A stretch of 64,000 bases of DNA from a virus. Of the stretch, positions 39,710-50,102 are shown in pieces. Position numbers and translations under genes: made by a program. The notes under the pieces were generated by a model. The model did no database searches and was not told where the DNA came from. It saw only the letters and a program-made list of their open reading frames with translations. The DNA lies in the IMG/VR virus record IMGVR_UViG_3300047557_001498, positions 51,070 to 115,069 of that record. One strand, given 5' to 3'. The number at the start of each line of letters is the position of its first letter. The stretch's first letter is position 1.

Positions 39710-42700
39710 TTAGATACCACCATACTTTTGAAGACCAACTTCTTTATTTTTTCTAAAATCAATTTCACTACTTATCGCTTCAACAGTTCTCTCTCCAATC
39801 TTTATGTATGTTGGTTGAGATGCCATATTTCCAATAATAGCAATTAACTTATCTATTTTTTGCTCAAGAGCAACTGTATTCACATTTACAGATACACCCG
39901 ACTGATTTGTTGTTCCGCTGCTATTTTTACCAGAAGAAACGGTTGATGTTGTTGATGAAACGGTTGATGTTTTTGCACCCTCTCCTCCACCAAATCCAAG
40001 GAAAGATTTTACACTACCAAATAAAGATCCGGCTGCACTTGAAACGGTGGATAATAATCCAGGATTTGTTATCTGTGTAACTCTTTCTAATTTTGCAACA
40101 TCTAACTTTGATAATTTTTTACTCAAATCGGCAATACTATTTGAGACAGATGATATACCACTAGCGAAAGAATATATTTTTGAATTGTTTACTGAATCAA
40201 ATGTTTTAACTACAAATGGTAACATCATGTTTCCACCCATTTTTACAAATGTTGAAAGACTTTCACTCAATGTTACTATTGATTTTGCAACTTGATTCAC
40301 CGCCTTTGATGCCTGCCAAGTTCTGTCTCCACCCAAAATTTGCATTTGTTCATTTAGTTTTTTTATTTCCTCTGCAGATTGTCTTGATAAACCGGCGGCT
40401 TGCTGTGCCATTGCCTGTTGTGGTTTTTGTTGTTGAGCGGCCTGTTGTTTTTTCTGTGCACCTTGTGGTGAATCATCATCTCCTGGTAAAAAGTGCATTA
40501 GTCCTGATATTGGGTTTGCTAAAATATCACCTGCCAATGATAGGTATTCACCTTTTTTATATTTTTCATGTTGTCTTGTATAATTTTGATAAAGTCCTTT
40601 TGTAATATTTTCTTTATCCATTCCAGGAATTAAACCAAACAATCCACTCATTGTCATTGATTCTAACGCACCTCCTAATACACCAGATGCAACTTGTTTA
40701 TTTGTAACAGGTGCTCCCTTTTTAACTAAACCAGCATTTTGTAAGGTTTTATTCGCATCCATTCCTCCGGTAATTCCTTCATATGCAGTGATTGCCGCTC
40801 CAATATATGGCAGTTTACGGGCAATGCTGCTCAAAGGTTTCATAACTTTTGAAAAAATTCCAGCCTTAGATCCAATATTTGCAACATCGTCTGATGAAGA
40901 TAATGCGGTTTTACCAATATCATCTATACTAGATGATGCAGTTTTAACAGTTTTAGTTGTAGTTGCACTTGGTTTCAATTTAATATCATCAACTTTATCT
41001 GCAACTTCTTTTGTTCCTTTTGCCCAATTTTTTAATCCTTCCCATCCAGATTTGAGGGTATTTTTAAGAGCATCTCCCATTTTTCCAATACCCCAAGTTA
41101 TCAACCCTTTAACACCGAAATAACCAGCAATCGTTGCTAATATGTTCGTCATGCTAAACCATTCTGCATTTAAAGATTTAACAGTTTTTGTTACTTTATT
41201 TCCGTTCTTATCTATTTCAGTTATCTGTTCTGATTTTATTATACCTAACCATTCCATTAACTGCATAACTGGTTGTAATAATCCCATCAATACCATTGCT
41301 ATATTTTTTACTATTTTTAAAACTTCAAGTCCAGTTTCTACCAGTCCTGGTAATGATTTAGCAAGAGTTTCAACTATTTTTTTTACTTCTGGTTTCAATT
41401 CATCATAAGTTTTATGTAATTCTTTTACTACCGGCATCAATGTATCTTTTAATTCAGTTTTTATTTTTTCCATATCATCTTGGAATCTTTCGCTTAAACT
41501 TGCTCCTTCTTTTGCTTTAGTCTCACCAAGAAGAAATCCGGCTGATCCTCCATCACCAACTGCCTTCTTATTTTGTTCTTGCATTTTTTGAATAGCTTTT
41601 AAACTGTTTTTACCAAATTGATCTTGTAATTGTCCAAGTCTTGCTACTTGTTCAGTAAATTCTTCCGGACTTATTCCAAATAGTTTTGCTGCAGCTCCTT
41701 TGGCTGTTCTGGACATTCCTTTTAATTTTGAACCAAATTTATCTATGTAATCATCATACATTTCCATTTGTAATTTAAATGCCTTATCGTCTTCACCCAT
41801 GTCTACGGCATATCTATATGCATCCATTTGTCTATGATGAACACCGGTCAATACCTCCACGGTGAATTGATCTTCTAAACTAGATTCAACATCTAATGCC
41901 GATGCTATTGCCTCGTGAAACATCTTTAAGTCTATACCCATTACTTTTGCCTGACCAGCAAATGCTGCCAATTCCCTAACTGATCCCTTGAATCCCAAAG
42001 CAATAGTTTGTGGAACACTTGCAATCGCCTTGAACGCCTGTCTCATGCTTAATATATTTTTATTGACACCACCGGCGGCTTGTGCCATCTTATCCATACT
42101 AACTCCCATTGAGTTAGATATTTTGTAAAAGTTTATTGCTTCCTCGTTTGTTAATTGCCATTTTTCTCTTAACAATGTAATACCCTGAAGCATTCCATTT
42201 TGTAAAGAAGCACTCTGCAATCTTTCCAATGATGTACCATATTCTTCTGTTAAATCTTCAAGTGTTTTTGCCAATTCTTTTACATTAACACCGACAACAT
42301 TCATACGAAGTGACAACTTTCCAAGAGTGCTAAACAATGCCTCAGCTCTAGATCTACTAATAGAAAATTGTTTACTTAAATCTGCAATATCTTGATCCAA
42401 TTCAAATACTACACCAATCAATTTTTTTACTACCGTTACCAACAAAGAGAATATCCCCATCAAAGCCATACCAGGTAAAGCAAGTGCAAATCCCTTAGCA
42501 GCAGTTCCCCAATCCTTTATAGTCTGTTTTATTGTTTTAGTTCCATCAAGAATCTTCCCTAATCCCATTTTGTTCATTATGAATGCACCGCCCGGTACAG
42601 CAGCAAGAAATCCTATCATTGCAGCCCTTGATTCTTTTGCAGATTTTGCCTTTTCCGCCATTTGTTGATTGATTTGTTTCAATTTCTGAAACTCTTTCAT

Positions 42701-43486
42701 TTGATCATCAACGAGCTTTCTTTGTAGGACATATCTTTCTGCACCAAGTTTCTTTGCATTCAAATCTAATCTGACAGATTGTTCTTTTAAGTCTTTTTCT
42801 AATTGGTATGTATCTATTAACTCATAACCCTTCTTCTTCATGTTTTCCATATTATCTACTATCTTTGCAGATAATGCGTCTATACCGGAAGCATTTTTTA
42901 CAGTTTCACCAAGAGTTTTTTCAAATGCCTGTGTTTCTTCTTTTGTACCCTTAAAAAGTTTTTTTATTTCCGTTGTTTTATCTGCAATTTGAGATACTGC
43001 CTGACCTGATATTTTTAATGCTTGTGCCTTTTTTAAAACACTTTCATTAACAGAACGCATTAGTATTGCAGATTTCTCTTGTAATCCACCAATTTCTTTT
43101 TCATATGATTTTTGTTTTTCGTATAATTGATTTCTTTCTTGTTGTTTTTTTAATCTTTCCGTTTCCCTTTTTGCTATTTTTTCAAGTTCTTTGTTTTCTT
43201 CTTTTATTTTTTTGTTTAAGTCTTCTTTTATAGACTGTTCTTTTTCTTGTCTTTTTAAACTTTCTTTTTCTATCTTTTCTATCTGGCCCATAATGCGATA
43301 ATATTCATTACGATTTTTAGATCTAACGGCATCTAACTTTGCCATTTTTTCTAAGAAATCGGCTGATTTTTTATCTTCGGCTGCAATTTGTTTTTTAACA
43401 GCAAGTATGTTTTTTTCTAACTCAAACAGAAGTTTTTTTAATTCAACAACCGTTGTTGGTAATTGAGTGGGTTTTTTCTTTGCCAT
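39710..43486 (-). CDS. Tape measure protein
   Basis: About 1258 aa, coiled-coil N-terminus, hydrophobic helices, Ala/Gly/Ser-rich; directly after the chaperone pair. Confidence 0.8.
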   Translation of the reverse strand: MAKKKPTQLPTTVVELKKLLFELEKNILAVKKQIAAEDKKSADFLEKMAKLDAVRSKNRNEYYRIMGQIEKIEKESLKRQEKEQSIKEDLNKKIKEENKELEKIAKRETERLKKQQERNQLYEKQKSYEKEIGGLQEKSAILMRSVNESVLKKAQALKISGQAVSQIADKTTEIKKLFKGTKEETQAFEKTLGETVKNASGIDALSAKIVDNMENMKKKGYELIDTYQLEKDLKEQSVRLDLNAKKLGAERYVLQRKLVDDQMKEFQKLKQINQQMAEKAKSAKESRAAMIGFLAAVPGGAFIMNKMGLGKILDGTKTIKQTIKDWGTAAKGFALALPGMALMGIFSLLVTVVKKLIGVVFELDQDIADLSKQFSISRSRAEALFSTLGKLSLRMNVVGVNVKELAKTLEDLTEEYGTSLERLQSASLQNGMLQGITLLREKWQLTNEEAINFYKISNSMGVSMDKMAQAAGGVNKNILSMRQAFKAIASVPQTIALGFKGSVRELAAFAGQAKVMGIDLKMFHEAIASALDVESSLEDQFTVEVLTGVHHRQMDAYRYAVDMGEDDKAFKLQMEMYDDYIDKFGSKLKGMSRTAKGAAAKLFGISPEEFTEQVARLGQLQDQFGKNSLKAIQKMQEQNKKAVGDGGSAGFLLGETKAKEGASLSERFQDDMEKIKTELKDTLMPVVKELHKTYDELKPEVKKIVETLAKSLPGLVETGLEVLKIVKNIAMVLMGLLQPVMQLMEWLGIIKSEQITEIDKNGNKVTKTVKSLNAEWFSMTNILATIAGYFGVKGLITWGIGKMGDALKNTLKSGWEGLKNWAKGTKEVADKVDDIKLKPSATTTKTVKTASSSIDDIGKTALSSSDDVANIGSKAGIFSKVMKPLSSIARKLPYIGAAITAYEGITGGMDANKTLQNAGLVKKGAPVTNKQVASGVLGGALESMTMSGLFGLIPGMDKENITKGLYQNYTRQHEKYKKGEYLSLAGDILANPISGLMHFLPGDDDSPQGAQKKQQAAQQQKPQQAMAQQAAGLSRQSAEEIKKLNEQMQILGGDRTWQASKAVNQVAKSIVTLSESLSTFVKMGGNMMLPFVVKTFDSVNNSKIYSFASGISSVSNSIADLSKKLSKLDVAKLERVTQITNPGLLSTVSSAAGSLFGSVKSFLGFGGGEGAKTSTVSSTTSTVSSGKNSSGTTNQSGVSVNVNTVALEQKIDKLIAIIGNMASQPTYIKIGERTVEAISSEIDFRKNKEVGLQKYGGI

Positions 43487-43507
43487 CAAATACTACCAAA
43501 ATCTAAT

Positions 43508-43540
43508 AAAAAAGTCTACATATGTATAAATATGTAGACT
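43508..43540 (-). terminator. Terminator hairpin with the ATATTTAT motif embedded
   Basis: AGTCTACATA/TATGTAGACT perfect 10-bp stem plus U5; motif at 43526-43533. Confidence 0.65.
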
Positions 43541-43545
43541 CTAAA

Positions 43546-43782
43546 TTATCTCGGCATATTGATGTTAGGTTTGCTTATTTCTTTTCCAGATGAATTTTCA
43601 TATTGTTTTCTTTCTTCTTCGATAGCATCAGACATCATTTTTAAGTAATATCTTCTTAAATATATTGGCATCTGATATACTTCTGTGAAATTAAATCCAC
43701 CTTTTCCTGCATAACACATGGAAAATATTTCTTGGTGTAAACCTAACCTATACTCAGGAGGTAGGCCAAAAAAAGGAGACAT
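43546..43782 (-). CDS. Tail assembly chaperone C-terminal part (lambda gpT analogue), probably expressed by frameshift
   Basis: Overlaps the upstream ORF across a T7 run; LHQEIF...GGFNFTEVYQMPIYLRRYYL. Confidence 0.65.
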   Translation of the reverse strand: MSPFFGLPPEYRLGLHQEIFSMCYAGKGGFNFTEVYQMPIYLRRYYLKMMSDAIEEERKQYENSSGKEISKPNINMPR

Positions 43783-44626
43783 CCATCGGGATGTCCAACT
43801 CCTTCACTTCACCTGTAGCATTTGATATAAATGTAAATTTCATATCCATGTCAGGAGATATTTCACGCATATACTTTCTAAATGCCCTTGAATCGAGGGC
43901 AAATAGTTCATTATCAACGAAATGATTTATTGCAGCTCGGCCTCTTTCACCATCAACTGCAATAATAATATGTTTGAGTCTTGTTGTCAATTCCTTATCA
44001 ATACCAGTTTTAATGAATGATTTATTTGATGCCTTTAATTCGGCTTGAATATCTTTTTCCAGTTGATGTGTCATCAGTCTAAAAGTTACCGTTCTTTTTG
44101 AATTTGGTAAAGTAAAATCAAATTCATTTTTACGGTTCTCAAATAAGCTAAAATCGACCTCCTTGTGCTCAATTTGAGATAAATCTATGGTTACAATTTG
44201 TTTATCTTCGGGGGAAAAAGGATCTTCAATTTCTACTGTATAATCATTCCCATATCCTAATATTCTTGCGGCCATCATAATTGCATTTTTATCACCGGCA
44301 TAAATATCACCATAATTGACAGGAGTAACAATCAAAGACTCAAACAATTTGTCTAATACAACACCTTGTTTAATGAGATTCTGTGATGTTAAAATGTCTT
44401 CTTCTCTTGCAGTCATATATTTCATTTCAATAAATCCATCTGCAAGTGGATGGTCTATTGGGTAAACTAATCCTTTTGAAGGCAATGGTATCACCTCTGT
44501 TGGAAAGTTTGTTTTTTTTACGTCTTCTTGTTTGTGTTGAGAGAGAAGTCTCTCTTTGATTTCGGCATCTGACATTTCAGAATTTAGTTCTTCCGAAATA
44601 TTATATCCATTAGCTAATTGTGACAT
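43754..44626 (-). CDS. Tail/baseplate assembly chaperone (T4 gp26/gp51-like, lambda gpG analogue)
   Basis: PTEVIPLPSKG...MKYMTAREEDIL...FFWP; upstream of the tape measure gene. Confidence 0.75.
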   Translation of the reverse strand: MSQLANGYNISEELNSEMSDAEIKERLLSQHKQEDVKKTNFPTEVIPLPSKGLVYPIDHPLADGFIEMKYMTAREEDILTSQNLIKQGVVLDKLFESLIVTPVNYGDIYAGDKNAIMMAARILGYGNDYTVEIEDPFSPEDKQIVTIDLSQIEHKEVDFSLFENRKNEFDFTLPNSKRTVTFRLMTHQLEKDIQAELKASNKSFIKTGIDKELTTRLKHIIIAVDGERGRAAINHFVDNELFALDSRAFRKYMREISPDMDMKFTFISNATGEVKELDIPMDVSFFWPTS

Positions 44627-44685
44627 AATATAATCCTATAACATTTTTTAAAAAACAATATATCGTGTGTTACTATAAATATGAT

Positions 44686-45651
44686 TTAATTGGAAATATA
44701 CCAATCAATAGTTGATTTAAGTCCATCTTCAAACTTTATTAAGGGTTTCCATCCCAATTCTTCTTTTGCTTTCGATGAATCTATCGCATATCGTCTATCG
44801 TGACCTAATCTATCTTTTACATATTCTATTTTAGCAGACCATTTATCCATGATAGATAAAATTTTTCTTACTAATTCACCGTTAGACCACTCATTATCTG
44901 ATCCAACATTGTAAACTTCACCATTTCTACCTCTTTCATATGCAAGCCAGACAGCTCTACAATGGTCATCAACGTGAATCCAGTCTCTAACATTGAGTCC
45001 ATCGCCGTATATTGGTAGTGATTCACCATTCAAGGCGTTTGTTATCATCAATGGTATCAATTTTTCCGTATGTTGTCTTGGTCCATAGTTGTTTGAACAT
45101 CTTGTTATCACTGCAGGTACATCATAAGTGTGATAATATGACCGAACAAAACAATCAGCAGACGCTTTTGCCGCTGAATAAGGAGAATTTGGTTGTAACG
45201 ATGTGTTTTCTGTGAATTTTTCATCGGAATCCAAATCCAAACTACCATAAACCTCGTCAGTAGACACTTGAACGAACTTTTTTAACTTTAAATCTCTTGC
45301 AACATTCAAAAGTGATACAGTTCCGACTATATTGGTGTCTATAAACGGTTTTCCATCGATTATTGACCTATCTACATGGGATTCTGCAGCAAAATTTATT
45401 ATTCCTTCCACTTCATGTGATTTACATATATCATGTACAAGTCTTGTGTTCTGAATTTCTGCATGGTAGAAGATATAATTTTCATCACCGTTGAATTTTT
45501 CAACATTTTTCGGATTTCCGGCATAAGTTAGTGCATCAACATTCACAATTCTAATATTAGAATTTGGTTTGTCCAACATCATGTGAATAAAGTTACTACC
45601 AATAAAACCGGAACCACCTGTTACCAGAATAGTTCTTTTTTGATTTGACAT
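44686..45651 (-). CDS. rfbB: dTDP-glucose 4,6-dehydratase
   Basis: VTGGSGFIGSN, DALTYAGN, AAESHVDRSI, STDEVYG, YSAAK, RCSNNYGP, RDWIHVDDH, DRLGHDRRYAID. Confidence 0.95.
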   Translation of the reverse strand: MSNQKRTILVTGGSGFIGSNFIHMMLDKPNSNIRIVNVDALTYAGNPKNVEKFNGDENYIFYHAEIQNTRLVHDICKSHEVEGIINFAAESHVDRSIIDGKPFIDTNIVGTVSLLNVARDLKLKKFVQVSTDEVYGSLDLDSDEKFTENTSLQPNSPYSAAKASADCFVRSYYHTYDVPAVITRCSNNYGPRQHTEKLIPLMITNALNGESLPIYGDGLNVRDWIHVDDHCRAVWLAYERGRNGEVYNVGSDNEWSNGELVRKILSIMDKWSAKIEYVKDRLGHDRRYAIDSSKAKEELGWKPLIKFEDGLKSTIDWYISN

Positions 45652-45700
45652 AAAAAACAAAACCCTATATTCATTAACATTACTGCCAATAAATATAGGG
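45652..45700 (-). terminator. Terminator-like hairpin with the ATATTTAT motif embedded
   Basis: CCCTATATT/AATATAGGG 9-bp stem, 20-nt loop, then TTTTGTTTTTT; motif at 45689-45696. Confidence 0.5.
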
Positions 45701-45752
45701 ATCTTTTTCTAAAAATGAATTTTACATAATAAAAATTACAATTTTTGTAATA

Positions 45753-46241
45753 TTAGTATTGTAGAATAGCATAATCGTAGGCGAGTGTGAGAGAAATCTC
45801 AACAAACGCATCGTTTGCCCAATCCATTTCACCAAATGTTGTTGCAGTGATGAATGCACCTTTCAATGTCCATTCTTCAACCTTATCACCAACAGGACCG
45901 AGTGTATGTAATGTAATATCCTTTTTGTAAAAATCAGAATAACCATCACGACCCGTTACAGATTCGTGTGAAAGACGTACCCACTCCATGACTGCCTGTG
46001 CACCCGATGGAACTACTGGGTCATATAGTTTAATTGTAACATCCTGCCATTCCCCTTTACCTTTCACTTTACGATATACGTTGATGTGGTCTAACTTAAT
46101 TGGGTTAAAGTTGATGTTCGGTCTTCCCGCACCCTTTACCAACCAAGCAGGTACACCTTCGATGTACATGATAAAGCGATTTTGTAGTTTAGGCTCGAAG
46201 GGGGTAAAAAATATCTCATTCGAGTTAATCAGTTCAGCCAT
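45753..46241 (-). CDS. Tail tube protein (T4 gp19-like)
   Basis: FEPKLQNRF, WQDVTIKLYDP, YKKDI, EEWTLKGAF, LAYD; follows the sheath gene. Confidence 0.9.
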   Translation of the reverse strand: MAELINSNEIFFTPFEPKLQNRFIMYIEGVPAWLVKGAGRPNINFNPIKLDHINVYRKVKGKGEWQDVTIKLYDPVVPSGAQAVMEWVRLSHESVTGRDGYSDFYKKDITLHTLGPVGDKVEEWTLKGAFITATTFGEMDWANDAFVEISLTLAYDYAILQY

Positions 46242-46287
46242 TTATGTCTCCAAAAAATTATCTTTTCAAATAAATATGTTGATTATT

Positions 46288-46317
46288 AAAAAGTGGGGAG
46301 AGTGTTTCATCTCCCCA
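46288..46317 (-). terminator. Terminator after the sheath gene
   Basis: TGGGGAGA/TCTCCCCA stem plus U-run. Confidence 0.7.
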
Positions 46318-46327
46318 ATCACATCAA

Positions 46328-48766
46328 TTAAGCACCAGGAAACGCAGCACCAGTATTTTGAATATTAAAATCTAATACTATAAATTCAGCAGTCTTTGTT
46401 GGTTGTAAGAACAACTGTCCGTAAAGAATGTTTCTATCTATAATATCTGGTGTATTATTTGTTTCATCCATGATAACACGGAATGCAAACAAACCTTGAC
46501 GTTGTTGTATTGATTCAAGATACGGATTAACAATATTCAAGAATCTTGAACGAGTTTGTGTTGTATTTTGTTCAAACACAAGGTATCTTGTAGAAGATGC
46601 AATAAACTTCTTAGCAGCAATCAACAAACGGCGAACATTGATACGGTCAAGGGCAGATGGACGACCTTGAAGTGTCTTTTGTCCCCATACACAAACGCCT
46701 GTTGCAGGGAATGTTGCGATTGGATTAACACGACCTTCATACAATGTGTCTCTTTCTGTTTGTGTGAGTCTTGACCTAACTTCAATTACCTCTGTCAAAC
46801 CACCTCTGTTCAAACCAGCAGGAGCAAACCATTCAGCAGATACTCTATCTGTAAATGCGATTACACCAGGAAGAACTACGGATGGTGGAACCCATACCGG
46901 CTTGTTTCTATCAGTATCAAGTATCTTAACCCAAGGATAGTATGTTGCAGCGTAGTTAGTATCAAGTGTTTCTACTGAACCAACAATCGTTGAAATATTA
47001 TCATTTATCTCCGATGCATCCATTACATAAAATGCATCACCACGTTCTTCACAAACATTTTTTGCATATGTTGTGATTGATGGGTGTATTGAATGTAAAA
47101 CACCTGGAGTTACTACCATGTTAATATCAAATTCATCTGCATTTGAGATTGTATCTAATGCCTTCTTGTATGAAACATATCCATCTGCAGAAGTATTGGA
47201 AATATCAAATCCTTGTGTATTCGTATTCAGTATGTAAGTACCTGTTCTTTTTTGAAGATTTGGTTTATGTCCATCAAATCCTCCTTGGAATGGAACGATA
47301 AACTTACGAGTATCAAGTGATGTATTTGTTGTTAAATCAATTGATCCACTATAAGGATTTGCTGATGTTGGATAGTTTGCAAGCGCAGACTGTGTAAAAT
47401 CACCCAAATAGAAATCTGTATTCAAACCAACAGTTTGATTAGTTGAAACTGGTAAAGCTCTCAAATAATTAAAATTATCTGTTCCAGAGAAATCATAGTC
47501 AAATCCATAATAAACTCTCCTACTATATTCACCAGCAATAACTTGATCAGCAACATAAGTAGCTGCGGCTGGTTGTGAGAATCCATCAGGAATAGGTGAT
47601 TTCAAAGCACGGAAGCCGAACGGAACATAACTTGGAGTTATTGCACTATTTGCAACAGCTTCAGTTACTTCTACTCTGATGTACTTTGAACGATTTGCAT
47701 AATCACCATTTACTATAACTTTGCCTTCGTCTGTACTTGTTACATATCTATCACCAATAACTCTTGAAATAAATTTAGGTGAATTTGGATCTAGGTTACA
47801 TCTAAATGATTCAAATACGTTTGGTCTTAAATCATCGTCTTCTGTTGTAAATGGTGTTTGTGGTAATTTTGACTGATCAACAGCACGAATAATTACATCA
47901 AATTCACCATATTCAGAACCAGCGATTGAACCAGCTGGTTTAATATTTGCAATACCAACTTTTACTTCATAGTTTGAATGTACGCCATGTGATAATGTAT
48001 GGAATTTGAATAAGTCTTGTGCATTTCCACCGATTCTTTGTGAAGTAATCCATGGTGTTGATGCCTCCAAGTAGCTATCTGTAAAGTCCCATTCCTTATC
48101 AGCAGTTCCGATTTCAATTATTATATCTTCTATTTCGGAAGCATCTAATAAATTAGCAGCGTCATTTGAGAAACATACATAATTGTAAACAGCGTTTGTT
48201 CCATAAGGATTGTGGCCAAACAAATCACCAATAAAATCATCACTTTCAGGATCAACAGATGCACTAAAATATGTTCCGTTTTGATCAACAGCATTTGTAA
48301 ATGCATCTTGTGGTGTTTCAAATGAACCAGATAATGTTAGTACAAATGAACCAGCATCAAACTGTCCTACTGTTGATTCATCAAATAATGGTGTATCGTC
48401 ATTATGATTTACAACAAAAGTTGGATGTAACATCGATATAAGACGTTTACCGAATGAACCAGTGGCAACTACTGCCAAAGGATATTTTAGTGTATATCCA
48501 CCGGATCCAAGAACACGAACTATCGTTGCAGATCCAGCACTATTCAAATAACTTTTAGCAGTGTAGGGTAGATATGATTGTTCATAATTCCCACCAAATA
48601 TACGTAAAAAGTCGGAATACCCATTGACTACTGTTGGGACAAAAGCAGGTCCTTTCAGGGTTGGTCCAATAAGTGCAGCACCAATAGCACCGATTCCTTG
48701 TGGAAGGAATGACAGGTCTTTCTCGTAGGTAAACACTCCAGGACTTACAATTCTTTCGTTAGCCAC
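46328..48766 (-). CDS. Tail sheath protein (T4 gp18-like)
   Basis: SPGVFTYEKDLS, YYPWV, WFAPAGLNRG, VWGQKTLQ, DRINVRRLL, PTKTAEFI. Confidence 0.95.
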   Translation of the reverse strand: MANERIVSPGVFTYEKDLSFLPQGIGAIGAALIGPTLKGPAFVPTVVNGYSDFLRIFGGNYEQSYLPYTAKSYLNSAGSATIVRVLGSGGYTLKYPLAVVATGSFGKRLISMLHPTFVVNHNDDTPLFDESTVGQFDAGSFVLTLSGSFETPQDAFTNAVDQNGTYFSASVDPESDDFIGDLFGHNPYGTNAVYNYVCFSNDAANLLDASEIEDIIIEIGTADKEWDFTDSYLEASTPWITSQRIGGNAQDLFKFHTLSHGVHSNYEVKVGIANIKPAGSIAGSEYGEFDVIIRAVDQSKLPQTPFTTEDDDLRPNVFESFRCNLDPNSPKFISRVIGDRYVTSTDEGKVIVNGDYANRSKYIRVEVTEAVANSAITPSYVPFGFRALKSPIPDGFSQPAAATYVADQVIAGEYSRRVYYGFDYDFSGTDNFNYLRALPVSTNQTVGLNTDFYLGDFTQSALANYPTSANPYSGSIDLTTNTSLDTRKFIVPFQGGFDGHKPNLQKRTGTYILNTNTQGFDISNTSADGYVSYKKALDTISNADEFDINMVVTPGVLHSIHPSITTYAKNVCEERGDAFYVMDASEINDNISTIVGSVETLDTNYAATYYPWVKILDTDRNKPVWVPPSVVLPGVIAFTDRVSAEWFAPAGLNRGGLTEVIEVRSRLTQTERDTLYEGRVNPIATFPATGVCVWGQKTLQGRPSALDRINVRRLLIAAKKFIASSTRYLVFEQNTTQTRSRFLNIVNPYLESIQQRQGLFAFRVIMDETNNTPDIIDRNILYGQLFLQPTKTAEFIVLDFNIQNTGAAFPGA

Positions 48767-48814
48767 TATTTTCTCCAGAAAATGATATAATCAAGACAAG
48801 TAAAATGTTAATTT

Positions 48815-49123
48815 TTAAACAGTTGGTGTAGGAACAAATTTATTTGCTTCCAAATCTAAAATACCATCACCATACTTTTCGTTCAATTCCTTAACTAAAT
48901 TCTGTTCTTCTGTTTGTAGTTTAATGTAATTATCCAACAAATTTTCCCTAAATTTTTCGAGCTCTGTTACTCTTTTTTTTGAAATATGCAATTCGATTTC
49001 TACTTGACCAATTTGTGCAGTCGTTGTTGCATATTTTGTTCGTAAACCTTTTACTCTTTCAATATCTTCATTAGAAACTTTCTTTTCTTCGTTATCTACT
49101 GGAGTATCTACTGTTTCAGACAT
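48815..49123 (-). CDS. Small coiled-coil hypothetical protein
   Basis: GQVEIE...LNEKYGDGILDLE; GAGG SD before 49123; ATATTTAT at 49163-49170. Confidence 0.65.
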   Translation of the reverse strand: MSETVDTPVDNEEKKVSNEDIERVKGLRTKYATTTAQIGQVEIELHISKKRVTELEKFRENLLDNYIKLQTEEQNLVKELNEKYGDGILDLEANKFVPTPTV

Positions 49124-49223
49124 ATAAAACCTCATAATTTAGTAATAAAATTGATTACAAATATAAATATGTATTATTTTTTTGAGAATGTGGTTTTTAC
49201 AAAATAAAATATGATTATGCTAT

Positions 49224-50102
49224 TTATGGCATACGATTTTGTCTATTTTCTTCCGCCAAAATATCATTTATATCAGTAAATGTTTCTGCAACGAATTGTA
49301 TTTTATTCGGTGTTACTATACGGTTGGTTGATGCCTTATTTGCAATATCCTTTGGAACTAAATAACCATGAACTGTTAATTGAAAATTGGCACGAACTAA
49401 TCGGTCTTGACCAGTTGTGTTACTATCTTCCATAGTTAATGATTCTATATTTGTTGCAAATTTAAAAAAGTTTCTTTCACCGAATGACTGACCACCGTAA
49501 AAGATAAAACTTTCAACAACATAATTTAATTGTGTCTGATATTCACACCAAATAATAAAATCGTATGTAACATCAACATAATCGGGTACAGGAGTGGAGA
49601 AGTATTCATATGGTTTTTGTTTTTCATATTGAATACTGAATCTATTGTAGGGTGTTAATTGACTATATTGTTTTTTCATTATGTAGTTAATTTGATCGGT
49701 ATTAGCAACTTTGTTCCTACGCATTTCAGGAACAATGTTTATACCGGATCTACGAAACGTTATTAGTGGAGCAAGTGTTTTTCCTTTTTTATCTTTTAAG
49801 AAACCATCCTTTTGTATTGATGCCCACTTTTCTGCGTTTGCATATATCGTTGGGACGTTAATATATTCATCACCGTCTTCAACTTTTAATTCCATTTTTT
49901 GATCAATAAAAGATTTGACAGCAAAATCAATATCGTAAAGTGTTATGCCAAGACTTCTAACTTTATCTTTATCTCTACGAACTTGTGTATGTCTTGCTTG
50001 TCCTAAATCTATTCTAGGATTTGCTTGAGAGTTTTTATCATCTATAAAAGAATCTCTAGTTCTTTTTATAGGTGGTACTCTATATTTTATAGAATTTTTC
50101 AT
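49224..50102 (-). CDS. Tail terminator / sheath stabiliser (T4 gp15-like)
   Basis: VPTIYANAEKW, PLITFRR, PDYVDVTYDF; sits between neck and sheath genes. Confidence 0.65.
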   Translation of the reverse strand: MKNSIKYRVPPIKRTRDSFIDDKNSQANPRIDLGQARHTQVRRDKDKVRSLGITLYDIDFAVKSFIDQKMELKVEDGDEYINVPTIYANAEKWASIQKDGFLKDKKGKTLAPLITFRRSGINIVPEMRRNKVANTDQINYIMKKQYSQLTPYNRFSIQYEKQKPYEYFSTPVPDYVDVTYDFIIWCEYQTQLNYVVESFIFYGGQSFGERNFFKFATNIESLTMEDSNTTGQDRLVRANFQLTVHGYLVPKDIANKASTNRIVTPNKIQFVAETFTDINDILAEENRQNRMP

